Virus record (IMG/VR): IMGVR_UViG_3300037847_004938 | Span: 2,627-66,626 of that record | Length of the DNA stretch: 64,000 bases | Direction: 5' to 3' (one strand) | Origin: a virus | Shown here: positions 28,959 through 38,282 of the stretch, one piece after another | Layout: the number at the start of each line of letters is the position of its first letter | Numbering within the stretch: position 1 is the stretch's first letter | Translations under genes and position numbers: made by a program | The notes under the pieces: generated by a model | What the model was told of the DNA's origin: nothing | Seen by the model: the letters and a program-made list of their open reading frames with translations, nothing else | The model's database searches: none

Positions 28959-31559
28959 TTACACGTTTTTGCCACCCTGCATTTTTGACATCAAAGCATT
29001 CATCATTGCTTCGTCTTGTGCTGGAGGAGCACCTTGCCCAGTGGGTGGTTGCATTTGTGGCATTGCTTGCGTTTCTCTTTGTTGAGGTGGTTGCATAGGC
29101 ATTGCTGTTGCGGTAGGAGATGGTGATCCGCCTAAAATTCCACCACCTGAAGCCTTCAACATATCTAGTTTATTGCCTTTTGGTTTTGTAAAGTTTTTTG
29201 GAGGACCTCCTTGTTTTCTTTGTGTTATTAACTCACTTTGTTGAGTAGCTTGAAGCTCAGTTCTTTGGTCTTTTCTATCTTCTCTGTTTGTTTCTCTATC
29301 TTTAAGACCTTTTGACTCCATGCCTTTTATTTTCATTTCGTACTCATACTTAATTTGCATAAGCTCTAAGTCTTTTTGTTTTTCAGCTTCTAGTTTTTGC
29401 AATTCTAATTGAGCTTTTAATTGCATCAATTCAGATTCACTTTGTGTTTTTAACTGTGACTCTTGCATTCTTCCTTCAGAAGCTTTTTGAGCAGCTTGTT
29501 GATTAGCTTGAGATTGCATCTGAATATTTTCTGCATTCTTTCTTTTATCAGCTTGCTCTTTTCTTTTCTTTTTAATTTTCAATAATTGATTAGCTAGCGT
29601 GTAGTTTTTTACTTCTCTTACATCTATAGCATCAGATAAGTCTATCATTTTTGCTGCAATAGCTTGTTGTATATTTTGTTCTAACTTACCTTTTTCTTCT
29701 TCATCTGGCTCTAACTCTATGAATATTCCAAAGTCATGTAAATGCATATCACCTATTTCATTAATGATTTCAAAATTGTTCTTTCCAATCATCATTGCAA
29801 AATCCTCTGCAAAATCAGAATACATCAATATATCTGATATTCTACACGAAATTGCTTCACATAATCTTTTAGTTAACTGCACTCCAGATAATAAAACATG
29901 TCTAGTTGCTGTATTGGAATTTAATGCGGCTAATTTTTGTAACCCAACTAAAGCATTCTTGTCTGGCATACTGCCATCTCTTGCTTCGTTTATACCAGTA
30001 ACAGAGCGTATCATATTTAACTGATAGTTATACATAGTAATTAAACTTTGAATCTTTGCGTTAGAGCCACTACTAGTTAATTCTTGTATTGGAACTCTTG
30101 CATTATTAAATTCACCGTCTTCTGTAAAACTTCTACCGATAACAGAACCAGTTTGGAAGTACATTGATAAAGCTTCAGATGGATTATAAGAAGCTCCATT
30201 TCCTAAATCTACACTATTTAAACCATCTGCGTCTATAAATACACCATCTGGTATCATTTTAGAAACAACTTGTTGTAGTTTTAAATGAACTAACTGTATT
30301 TGATCTGCAAAAGGAATCATTCTTTTAACTAAAGAATCAATATGACCTTTATCCATTTTAATAGCAGACACTAGATATGGTGGTAAAGAACTTTGAAAAG
30401 CAGATTTTGGTCTAACTTGGTTTTCCATTAACTGCCATTTTAAAAGCCTATTGGTTCCTAAAACCATTACACCTTCATACCACACATCAATTCTTCTGGC
30501 TACTTTTTTAAATTTAGCGTTTTCAGAAGCAGGTGGGTTAAATCCAGATTCTTTTTTTAATGCTTTTTCTCCACCGTTAACAGTAGATTTTACTTTATAA
30601 ATAATTTCTTTATCTGTTTTGTAACAGAAATATAATAACGATACATTTGATTTATCTATACCACTATTAGTTTGTAAATTTATTGTACTTCTATATCCGT
30701 CATGTCTTCCTGCTAACTTTGAAATTTCTTCTATTTCTTCTTGTGTTAGATTTGGATTTATCTTTTTTATTTCTCCAATATGTACAGATTTGACTTCACC
30801 AAAATAATAACAATCTCTAAAGTTTGGATCTTCAGTTTGTGAATAAACTAAATTTATTGGGTCTACATACTCTACTTTGACACCTTCATGTGCATTAAAA
30901 GAATGTTTTACTGCCGATATACCTAAAACTACATTATCCTCATCTACTCTTCTTTTTATTTCATCGTAGTTATTAATTTCTAACAAAGTGTCTATAGCCG
31001 TTTCTTGTGCAACCTCTACACCTTGTTTATAAGATAGCTTCATGTATAAATCTAATTCCTGTGGTGATTGCGGTCTTTGATCTTCTGCAAAGTTGTATGC
31101 ATCTACACCTGTACCTGCTTTTATAATATCTAGTACAGGGGCAGCAAGCATATCTGCTTCCATTTCTAATCTATAAGCCTCTCTGAAACCACTTGATATT
31201 TGATCTACAGCTTCTACGTCTACTTTGAATAATCTGTTAGATATGCCATTTACAACTATATCCACAAACTTTGGAATAATAGGAACAGGAGTCCAATCAA
31301 GATTTAAATAAGATAAGTCACCGTTGATTGCTAATTCGTTTTTATATTTTTCTATAGGCTGTTTACCTCTTGCATATAAACGTCTGTTTAAATATTCCGA
31401 ACGTATTTCTCCATACAAAGAACTTCCGTACTCTCTTGAAAACCATTCTGATTCAATAGCTTGACCTACTCTCAACCCATACTCATAGGTTGATTTTTCT
31501 TCGTCTGCTACAAATTGATTAGGGAAACCGCCTCCTCCACTATATTTGTTTTTAGCCAT
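28959..31559 (-). CDS. Portal protein
   Basis: YLNLDWTPVPIIPKFVDIVVNG, TGINEARDG and a long C-terminal coiled coil; follows the terminase gene. Confidence 0.88.
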   Translation of the reverse strand: MAKNKYSGGGGFPNQFVADEEKSTYEYGLRVGQAIESEWFSREYGSSLYGEIRSEYLNRRLYARGKQPIEKYKNELAINGDLSYLNLDWTPVPIIPKFVDIVVNGISNRLFKVDVEAVDQISSGFREAYRLEMEADMLAAPVLDIIKAGTGVDAYNFAEDQRPQSPQELDLYMKLSYKQGVEVAQETAIDTLLEINNYDEIKRRVDEDNVVLGISAVKHSFNAHEGVKVEYVDPINLVYSQTEDPNFRDCYYFGEVKSVHIGEIKKINPNLTQEEIEEISKLAGRHDGYRSTINLQTNSGIDKSNVSLLYFCYKTDKEIIYKVKSTVNGGEKALKKESGFNPPASENAKFKKVARRIDVWYEGVMVLGTNRLLKWQLMENQVRPKSAFQSSLPPYLVSAIKMDKGHIDSLVKRMIPFADQIQLVHLKLQQVVSKMIPDGVFIDADGLNSVDLGNGASYNPSEALSMYFQTGSVIGRSFTEDGEFNNARVPIQELTSSGSNAKIQSLITMYNYQLNMIRSVTGINEARDGSMPDKNALVGLQKLAALNSNTATRHVLLSGVQLTKRLCEAISCRISDILMYSDFAEDFAMMIGKNNFEIINEIGDMHLHDFGIFIELEPDEEEKGKLEQNIQQAIAAKMIDLSDAIDVREVKNYTLANQLLKIKKKRKEQADKRKNAENIQMQSQANQQAAQKASEGRMQESQLKTQSESELMQLKAQLELQKLEAEKQKDLELMQIKYEYEMKIKGMESKGLKDRETNREDRKDQRTELQATQQSELITQRKQGGPPKNFTKPKGNKLDMLKASGGGILGGSPSPTATAMPMQPPQQRETQAMPQMQPPTGQGAPPAQDEAMMNALMSKMQGGKNV

Positions 31560-31564
31560 AGTGT

Positions 31565-33790
31565 TTATGATATAATTTTACTAACAAATCCTTTATTGTT
31601 ATATCTTGCAAAGTTAAGATTTATTTGATTATCTTTTTTGTGAACAACTTTTTGTGTAGAAAAGTTTGCCATGATAGCAAAACCTGAACTTACAGTGGCA
31701 TCAAAGCGTGTTCTATTATTAATATCGTAATTAGACCAGTCCAAAAGCGTTCGGTTAAAAAACATATTTCCACAAGAGCCAAAGTCTATATCTTCGTCAT
31801 TTACTATGACCCCTACATGATTCTGTATATAAGCTTCTATATACTCTGCGTGAGCTGAAATTACTGCTGATGACGAAGGAATACCTCCTAATTCTTTTTC
31901 TGCTTTAGAAAGCACATTTCTATGCTTATCTGGTCTGTTTAAAGAAAACGCTCTATATCCTCTTTCTTTTAAATAATACAAAAGCCTGGGCTTGTTGTTC
32001 TCTACTAATATAGGCATTCCATAAAAATGTAAAGCCATTAATACATCTTCATAAAATATTTCTGCTGTTGGGGGTCTAGATATATACTCTAAAAAAAATG
32101 AATTTGTAGGGCCTTCTTCTAGATGAAATTTAGTCATACCATGTAATGATCCTTTTGAACCACTACCATGCACTGTGCCAGATATATCATAAGAGTCACA
32201 TCCGAAACTACCAATATGTGCATTTCCTGGTATTTTCCTAACTCCTTTATGTATTACGTTGTTAGCAAGTGATAAAGGTGGTGTCCAACTAGTAACAAAC
32301 CTACCGTTATTATCAGGAACCCAAATAACCTCAGTATCCCTAACTCCATTTTTCCAAACAAACGAACCTTTTGTAAGGCTGGTTTTGATAGCAAAAGAAT
32401 CATTGTAATCAATTTGTTCGTATATTTTTGTTAAGTTAAATATAGTGTTTTTAGATTCATCACGAAACGCATGTGATTCTGTTCTAGGAAATTGTCTATA
32501 GAATTCATTTAAACCATCTTGGTCTTTTTTTAAACCTTCTACTTCATTTTCCCAATGACCTATTACACCATTTTCTATAATATCTCCATAAGGTCCATAA
32601 GTTTCTTTTTCAGGGTTTTCAAAAACAGGCATACCGTATTCATCTATAAATCCTTCGTAATTCCATTCCATTGGTATAAAAAACGAATACAATCCTGAGT
32701 TTGTTTGTCCATTTTTATTTCTTTCTAAAACATTAGAGTTTTCATATAGCTTTTTAAAATTATCTCCCCCTTTGTCTAAAGCATTAGATGTAGAACCCAT
32801 CATACATTTACCTATAATTCTACTACCTAGTCTTAATGTTGTTTTCGTTACTCTCCAGTTATTTAATATATTATCAGGCCTCTCCCATTTACCAGATTCA
32901 TCATGTACTAATAATTTAAGTTTTTCACCGTCGTATGAGTTGTCTCCTGTGTTTTTCCAGTCGATGGTTGTATCGAGCCCTGTGAGCTCTTCAGGCTTGT
33001 TGGAGGTGGAGGTAAGTTTCCTTCTGGTAAGTTTAGATGCGGGAACTCTGTACGCCAATTCCGTTTTGGGTCTATCCATTCCGTCTTGTATAGGTTTGAA
33101 GAAGAAAGGATAGTTAACTGATATTGGGACGACTTTATCCGTGAACATTTTCTTCGCATCGGCACCAGATTTGGACAATATCCCGAAGCGTGAATCGGAA
33201 GATATTGTGGCAAGGTTGACAGTTTCCCCCGATGCCATAAAAGAAAAGCCTGAACGTCTGTTTTTGAGATAGCACATTCCATAACTTCTGCTGTCCGCTT
33301 TGCAGGCTTCCCAAAAAATGAAGAATAATCTATTGGCCTCTCTAAAGTCTGGGTTCCCAACGTCAATCTTAGACCACTGCAAGTACATATAGTGAGTGCC
33401 AGTAATGTAAGTAGGCACACTCTTATTATAAAACCAAAAACCTTGTTCTCTTTTAACAAATTCATTTTCGATATAATCTATGTATTTATTTTTAAAATCC
33501 TCTGGATAGTCTCTCCAGTCAAATATTGTTTTAATTCTATTTAACTCTTTTGGGTATGGAGTAACTTCCCACTTATTTTTATCAAATCTATGTATTTTTT
33601 TTGGTTGTTTTGGTAAAGCTATTCTTAGGTTTTGTATTTGGTATATATCACCAATCAAACCTGTTTTAGAAATAACAACGACATCATGTTCTTTGTTATA
33701 CCCATATTTCCACTTTTTAGATTTGTTTAGTTTTTTTATAACATCAAAATCTATTGGGGTTACTTTAGCATATAAACTTTGTTCGTACAT
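31565..33790 (-). CDS. terL: Terminase large subunit
   Basis: Walker A-like LKNRRSGFS, Walker B LLVHDESGKW, MGST coupling motif, nuclease GCDSYD, ENNK, C-terminal FDAT. Confidence 0.92.
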   Translation of the reverse strand: MYEQSLYAKVTPIDFDVIKKLNKSKKWKYGYNKEHDVVVISKTGLIGDIYQIQNLRIALPKQPKKIHRFDKNKWEVTPYPKELNRIKTIFDWRDYPEDFKNKYIDYIENEFVKREQGFWFYNKSVPTYITGTHYMYLQWSKIDVGNPDFREANRLFFIFWEACKADSRSYGMCYLKNRRSGFSFMASGETVNLATISSDSRFGILSKSGADAKKMFTDKVVPISVNYPFFFKPIQDGMDRPKTELAYRVPASKLTRRKLTSTSNKPEELTGLDTTIDWKNTGDNSYDGEKLKLLVHDESGKWERPDNILNNWRVTKTTLRLGSRIIGKCMMGSTSNALDKGGDNFKKLYENSNVLERNKNGQTNSGLYSFFIPMEWNYEGFIDEYGMPVFENPEKETYGPYGDIIENGVIGHWENEVEGLKKDQDGLNEFYRQFPRTESHAFRDESKNTIFNLTKIYEQIDYNDSFAIKTSLTKGSFVWKNGVRDTEVIWVPDNNGRFVTSWTPPLSLANNVIHKGVRKIPGNAHIGSFGCDSYDISGTVHGSGSKGSLHGMTKFHLEEGPTNSFFLEYISRPPTAEIFYEDVLMALHFYGMPILVENNKPRLLYYLKERGYRAFSLNRPDKHRNVLSKAEKELGGIPSSSAVISAHAEYIEAYIQNHVGVIVNDEDIDFGSCGNMFFNRTLLDWSNYDINNRTRFDATVSSGFAIMANFSTQKVVHKKDNQINLNFARYNNKGFVSKIIS

Positions 33791-34071
33791 TACTTTGATC
33801 TTCTTTCTGCAAATCCAGAAAACGCTTTTTTCTTTTCTTCTTTTGGCTTGCCGTCTATCATAGCTTTTTCTTCTTCAATACGATTGAGTATTTCAAAAGC
33901 ATCAAATATTGCAAGTTTTTTTGTTGCAGCTGCATTCTTTAATCTGTCTGCTGCTAATTCGTCATCAGGGTCTGGTTTTATTATTTCTTCTTCAGCTACT
34001 TTAATAAGCTCCTTAACAGCCTCATGACCAGCCTTTATAATTCTTTCTTTTATTTCATTTACGCTTTTCAT
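33790..34071 (-). CDS. Putative terminase small subunit
   Basis: Small helical protein translationally coupled to terL; ADRLKNAAATKKLAIFDAFEIL. Confidence 0.55.
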   Translation of the reverse strand: MKSVNEIKERIIKAGHEAVKELIKVAEEEIIKPDPDDELAADRLKNAAATKKLAIFDAFEILNRIEEEKAMIDGKPKEEKKKAFSGFAERRSK

Positions 34072-34345
34072 TCTCTAATTCTTTTTGTAAGTTGGCTAAG
34101 GCGCGCCATGCAACCTTTGCAGAGTGGCGCTGTCCATCATCATCTATTTTTCCAGCGTCTATCAAATGCCTAGCCAATGCATCTAATTCATCTGTTGATT
34201 TTTTTCTATCCCAATGTAAAGGTTTATCTGGATGATGTTGTTGATTACCTGCTAAAGATACTCTTGCAACCTCCATTATTGCATCAGGAAAATACTTTAA
34301 AACACCTGTATATACTGGTGTGTCTTTTCTTTGTTTTGCTTTCAT
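34055..34345 (-). CDS. DUF5664-like dATP/dGTP diphosphohydrolase domain protein
   Basis: FPDAI.EVARVS..G..QH...W......DALARHL.....H.AKVAWRALA pattern. Confidence 0.7.
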   Translation of the reverse strand: MKAKQRKDTPVYTGVLKYFPDAIMEVARVSLAGNQQHHPDKPLHWDRKKSTDELDALARHLIDAGKIDDDGQRHSAKVAWRALANLQKELENEKRK

Positions 34346-34349
34346 AAAG

Positions 34350-34910
34350 TTAATTTAAAATTGTACATATATCTCTTGTCATCATTCTGTATAGTTTTTC
34401 ATTATTAATTTCAAACTCATACTCACTGTCTTTTCTAAAATTAACTTTACTCCCTTCTTCTACTCCAAGCTCCTTTAGTTTTTTGTTTGAATATACAACT
34501 ACACCTGTATTTTCCTCTAAACCTTCTTGATGTAAATATTTATTTTCTAATTCAGTGGGTTTTACAAAACAGTAATCATCTACTGAATGCCACTTGTTCC
34601 CGTCATGATATAAATAAAATTGATATGGATCTATTATGTATATATCCCCTTTAAAATAATTAGGAGACTTCCTTGGCCTACCTTTCATGTCATAATATAT
34701 TCTAAATACATTATGATGAACAACCAACGTGTCTCCTTTCTTTATTTCTCCTTTATAATATGATGGGATTTCTATAACCTCTGCAAATCTATTGACATGC
34801 ATATGGTTTGATATATCGCTGTTCACAATCATTTTCTGACCAGCAAGCTCTATTTCGTTATTGTAGTGTGTTCCTTTAGCTTTTATTAAAAAATAAAAAG
34901 GAGATTTCAT
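34350..34910 (-). CDS. Double GroES-like fold protein (phage co-chaperonin-like)
   Basis: Two repeats ending IKKGDTLVVHHNVF and GVEEGSKVNF...EFEI..EKLYRM. Confidence 0.55.
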   Translation of the reverse strand: MKSPFYFLIKAKGTHYNNEIELAGQKMIVNSDISNHMHVNRFAEVIEIPSYYKGEIKKGDTLVVHHNVFRIYYDMKGRPRKSPNYFKGDIYIIDPYQFYLYHDGNKWHSVDDYCFVKPTELENKYLHQEGLEENTGVVVYSNKKLKELGVEEGSKVNFRKDSEYEFEINNEKLYRMMTRDICTILN

Positions 34911-35134
34911 CAGAAGTCTATATTAAACTCTATAGACGCGGGCATATTTTTATTAAACTCTTTCCATTGCTTCACTTCATCGCCTCTTTGAATATATATA
35001 ACATAAGACTCTTTTTTCTTATCATATTCAATTAGATGAATTACATAAGTAGAATTCAATACACTTTGTCCAACGATGTAGTGCATTGAGCTACCTTTAT
35101 AGTCCGCTCCTATGGAAATTTTACGAATTAACAT
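34910..35134 (-). CDS. Conserved hypothetical phage protein
   Basis: IRKISIG.DYK..MHY.VGQ; coupled to its neighbours. Confidence 0.65.
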   Translation of the reverse strand: MLIRKISIGADYKGSSMHYIVGQSVLNSTYVIHLIEYDKKKESYVIYIQRGDEVKQWKEFNKNMPASIEFNIDF

Positions 35135-35420
35135 TTTCCTCTGGTTTTTCTGGCAGAGGAGTTATAATACCAGTTTCTAAACTTAAATTACCCTTACCGT
35201 ATTTTTCTTCCAGGGCTGTCATTTTTGTTTTTAGCGTTTCTGCTAATTTATGTAACTCACTTACAAGAGCAAGCTTGTGAGCTTCCATTGCCCCAATCTC
35301 TAACTGTAAACCTTGTTGTGAACCTCTGATACTTTTGAGCTCTTTTAAAGACTCGTCGTCAATTTTTATTTCACTACTGACCGCAATGTCTTCCATTGTC
35401 TTTTCTTTGTTTTCTGCCAT
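35121..35420 (-). CDS. Coiled-coil protein (possible fibre assembly chaperone)
   Basis: Heptad pattern ending LEEKYGKGNLSLETGII. Confidence 0.55.
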   Translation of the reverse strand: MAENKEKTMEDIAVSSEIKIDDESLKELKSIRGSQQGLQLEIGAMEAHKLALVSELHKLAETLKTKMTALEEKYGKGNLSLETGIITPLPEKPEENVNS

Positions 35421-35446
35421 TTTATTAAAATTAAATTAAAAATATT

Positions 35447-35806
35447 TTATTCTTCTACTGGATCTGGAGCTTCTTCTTCTGGAGCCCAAGGCATCTCAGC
35501 TTCTACGTTTTTAGGTGTAACTAGTTCAGATATTTTTTCTGCAATCATTTCATTCATGTGATCAGTAGGGTGATTTGCTTTTGCCCACTCAATCACATCT
35601 GCCTCTTTTAAGTCTTTGAGATCTGTAAAGTTATCTTTATCAGGAGAGCCTACTGGGCATGCTCCATAAAAAGTTGCGCTGTTTTTTTCTTCTGTGTCAT
35701 CAGTTCCAGTATACTCAAAGTTAATATGAGTAATCACATCCGACAATCCGTCGAGCGAAGGAGCCTTTTTCAAAGCCGTGATTTTCCATTCATATGTTAT
35801 AGCCAT
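35447..35806 (-). CDS. Tail-fibre-associated acidic protein
   Basis: ITYEWKI...F..L.E..VIEW...MPW pattern, usually found after fibre genes. Confidence 0.55.
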   Translation of the reverse strand: MAITYEWKITALKKAPSLDGLSDVITHINFEYTGTDDTEEKNSATFYGACPVGSPDKDNFTDLKDLKEADVIEWAKANHPTDHMNEMIAEKISELVTPKNVEAEMPWAPEEEAPDPVEE

Positions 35807-35836
35807 AATTATAATTGTTAAGTTAAACTAATTTGT

Positions 35837-35844
35837 CAAAGTTA
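35837..35844 (-). promoter_or_regulatory. Bacteroidota -7 promoter element (TAACTTTG)
   Basis: Intergenic, upstream of the packaging cluster. Confidence 0.55.
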
Positions 35845-35861
35845 ATAAAAATTTCTTTATA

Positions 35862-36383
35862 TTAAACTGAGATGCTCTTAAATAATATAGGAATTATTAT
35901 CTTACCTTCTTCTTCTAAATGATTTTTGTAGTTGTTTTCTAAATCAGATACTATTTCATCTGTAATATCTTCATGTCCCCACCATAAATCTATTAATATA
36001 AGGTCATATTTTTTATCGGGTGTATAGCTATATGCATCATCTTTTATTACATTTATAGAGTCATCTATAAAATCTATATAATCAATTAATTCTTGATTAT
36101 TTTCTACTACATCTACTACACTACATTCTTTTTCTACCTTTAAAGTTTCTGGTACTAAACCTAAACCTAAACCTAATACTAAAACTTTATCATAAGTAAA
36201 ATCCTTATATAATTCATTTACTTTTTCACAGTCTTTACAGTCACCTAACATTACAGTAGCATATAATTCGACGTTATCAATACTTGTTTTATCGTTAAAT
36301 TCTAGTATACTAACACCATCTCGCTTTACAACATTAAAAGATGTTCCAGAATATTCTTTTATTTTATCTTCTTGTATTTTCAT
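35862..36383 (-). CDS. Class I SAM-dependent methyltransferase (spermidine synthase-like fold)
   Basis: VLVLGLGLG, VDVVENN, DDAY, YDLILIDLW. Confidence 0.8.
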   Translation of the reverse strand: MKIQEDKIKEYSGTSFNVVKRDGVSILEFNDKTSIDNVELYATVMLGDCKDCEKVNELYKDFTYDKVLVLGLGLGLVPETLKVEKECSVVDVVENNQELIDYIDFIDDSINVIKDDAYSYTPDKKYDLILIDLWWGHEDITDEIVSDLENNYKNHLEEEGKIIIPILFKSISV

Positions 36384-36392
36384 ATTTTTATA

Positions 36393-38282
36393 TTAACATC
36401 CACTTGCATCGTAGTTACTAACAACACCACTACTATTTACATAGAAATAACCACCACTTGTTGACCCACTACTTGTTCTAAGAGGTGCTCCATACCATTT
36501 GTTACCACCATTAGTACTATTCATTAAGTTTAAGTTATTATCATAAACTTGAGTACCGTTGCCAAATGTTCCTGTAAATCTAATAATAGTATTCTGCGTT
36601 TGGAAACAAGCAAATAAAACCTTGTTATGTGGTCCACTGACATATCTAGTTACATATGATGATTGAGTTGCTTGTTGTTGAACAGCTCCATACGAAGTAC
36701 CAATACTGTTTGTGGCGTAAGCTCTAAAGTAATAAGTAGAAGCGGATGCTAAACCAGTAACAGCTCTACTATAACTACCTGTCGTATTAAACGTACTAGG
36801 ATGAGGTGTAACTTTTGTAACACCAAATGCACCTATTGTAGGAGTTGAAACAGCGTTTGAGTATACAAATCCTTTATCTGTTACGGTAGCATTTCCAGTA
36901 CTAGTCATATTACCATTAAACGTCATGCCATTAGAACTTATACTTGAAGCTAAATTAGTTACAATACCTGGAGCTGTAGCGCTAGTTGTAGTTACAGCTT
37001 CAATATCACCATATGATGTTAAACCACCACCATTACTAGTAGTAGCGTACGCTCTATAATAAAACGTAGTTGAATGTGGAAGGCCTGTTACAGTGCTACT
37101 AAAAGCAGCAGTACCAGATCCTAAAGAACCTGTGTCTGTAACACCACTAACACCTTTTCTTAAATTTACATTAGTTGTTGCTCTTACAAAACCTTTTGCT
37201 GTAACACTTAAACTATCATTAGCTACATCACCATTCATTGTAAAACCTCCAGCTGTTACATTTGTTTCAGCGTTGGTAGTAACACTAGGAAATAAACTTT
37301 CTATATCATTACATATAGTGTTTATAAACGTTGCAATATTACTTGGATCATGATTACTGTTAAAACTACCGCCAGTATTATCTGCATAACCTTGATATAT
37401 ACCATGAACAGATTGAGGATGCGTACCACTATCACTTATAGAACCACATATCATAATTGTAATATTATTGGCAACTGCGTTAGCTGATAATGTACCCATT
37501 TTATTATACTCTTCAGCACCATCAAAAATATCGTCACCATCGCCATCAGGCGCGTTATCTGTCATTAATATTATCATTTTATTAACGCCAGATCTAAAAG
37601 CGCCAGCAAAGTCATGGTTAATAACTCTATCTATAGCTGTATCATTTGGTTCTGGCCCTCCTTCACCATAACCCAACTCCATACTCGTAGCGCTATTACT
37701 GTTTTGGTTTAAATAACTTATTTTTGTATCAAAGTCAGACTTATTTGAATGTGCAAGTGGTACTATAGCTGCGAGATATACATTTGAATCTACACCACCA
37801 ATAAATTTATAAGATGAACTTAGGTTAGCCACAACAGTGTTATTACCGCTCCAATAACTAGGTTGATTATCGTCTTGATCTATTAGCACAGCCGCTAGCC
37901 TATAATCACCACCAGATCTTTCAACAACCTTGTTTGTTATAGTAGCTACATGCGTTTTTAAATCTTCCATGTCATCATCCATTGATCCAGTATAATCAAT
38001 TAAAAATACTACATCCATAGCTAAATTACATGGAATCGGTTCAAAGTCATGGTCATAAGCGTAGAATTCAGACATTGCATGCCCAGCATTACTGTCTGGT
38101 AAATTAGGACTATGAATGTTTAGATTTATATTCCCACCACTCGAATCATCATTACCATCATCACTTAAACCTCGTAAACTAAAAGTATTTTCACCATCTG
38201 CATTATTAGCGGTGTAATCACCCTCGTTCTTTTCAGAAAAGATTTTTAATAGGCTTAACTGCCCTGAACCTGGAACAGCCAT
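36393..38282 (-). CDS. Tail-tip / adhesin protein with vWA and two FN3-like domains
   Basis: N-terminal MAVPGSGQLSL; DVVFLIDYTGSM, GGPEP, ILMTDNAP (vWA); two YY.RAYAT...SYG repeats. Confidence 0.75.
   Translation of the reverse strand: MAVPGSGQLSLLKIFSEKNEGDYTANNADGENTFSLRGLSDDGNDDSSGGNINLNIHSPNLPDSNAGHAMSEFYAYDHDFEPIPCNLAMDVVFLIDYTGSMDDDMEDLKTHVATITNKVVERSGGDYRLAAVLIDQDDNQPSYWSGNNTVVANLSSSYKFIGGVDSNVYLAAIVPLAHSNKSDFDTKISYLNQNSNSATSMELGYGEGGPEPNDTAIDRVINHDFAGAFRSGVNKMIILMTDNAPDGDGDDIFDGAEEYNKMGTLSANAVANNITIMICGSISDSGTHPQSVHGIYQGYADNTGGSFNSNHDPSNIATFINTICNDIESLFPSVTTNAETNVTAGGFTMNGDVANDSLSVTAKGFVRATTNVNLRKGVSGVTDTGSLGSGTAAFSSTVTGLPHSTTFYYRAYATTSNGGGLTSYGDIEAVTTTSATAPGIVTNLASSISSNGMTFNGNMTSTGNATVTDKGFVYSNAVSTPTIGAFGVTKVTPHPSTFNTTGSYSRAVTGLASASTYYFRAYATNSIGTSYGAVQQQATQSSYVTRYVSGPHNKVLFACFQTQNTIIRFTGTFGNGTQVYDNNLNLMNSTNGGNKWYGAPLRTSSGSTSGGYFYVNSSGVVSNYDASGC

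Noticed and set aside
34055-34345. Z-base (2-aminoadenine) genome
   Set aside because: No PurZ or DatZ in the window; a DUF5664-like gene alone is insufficient evidence.
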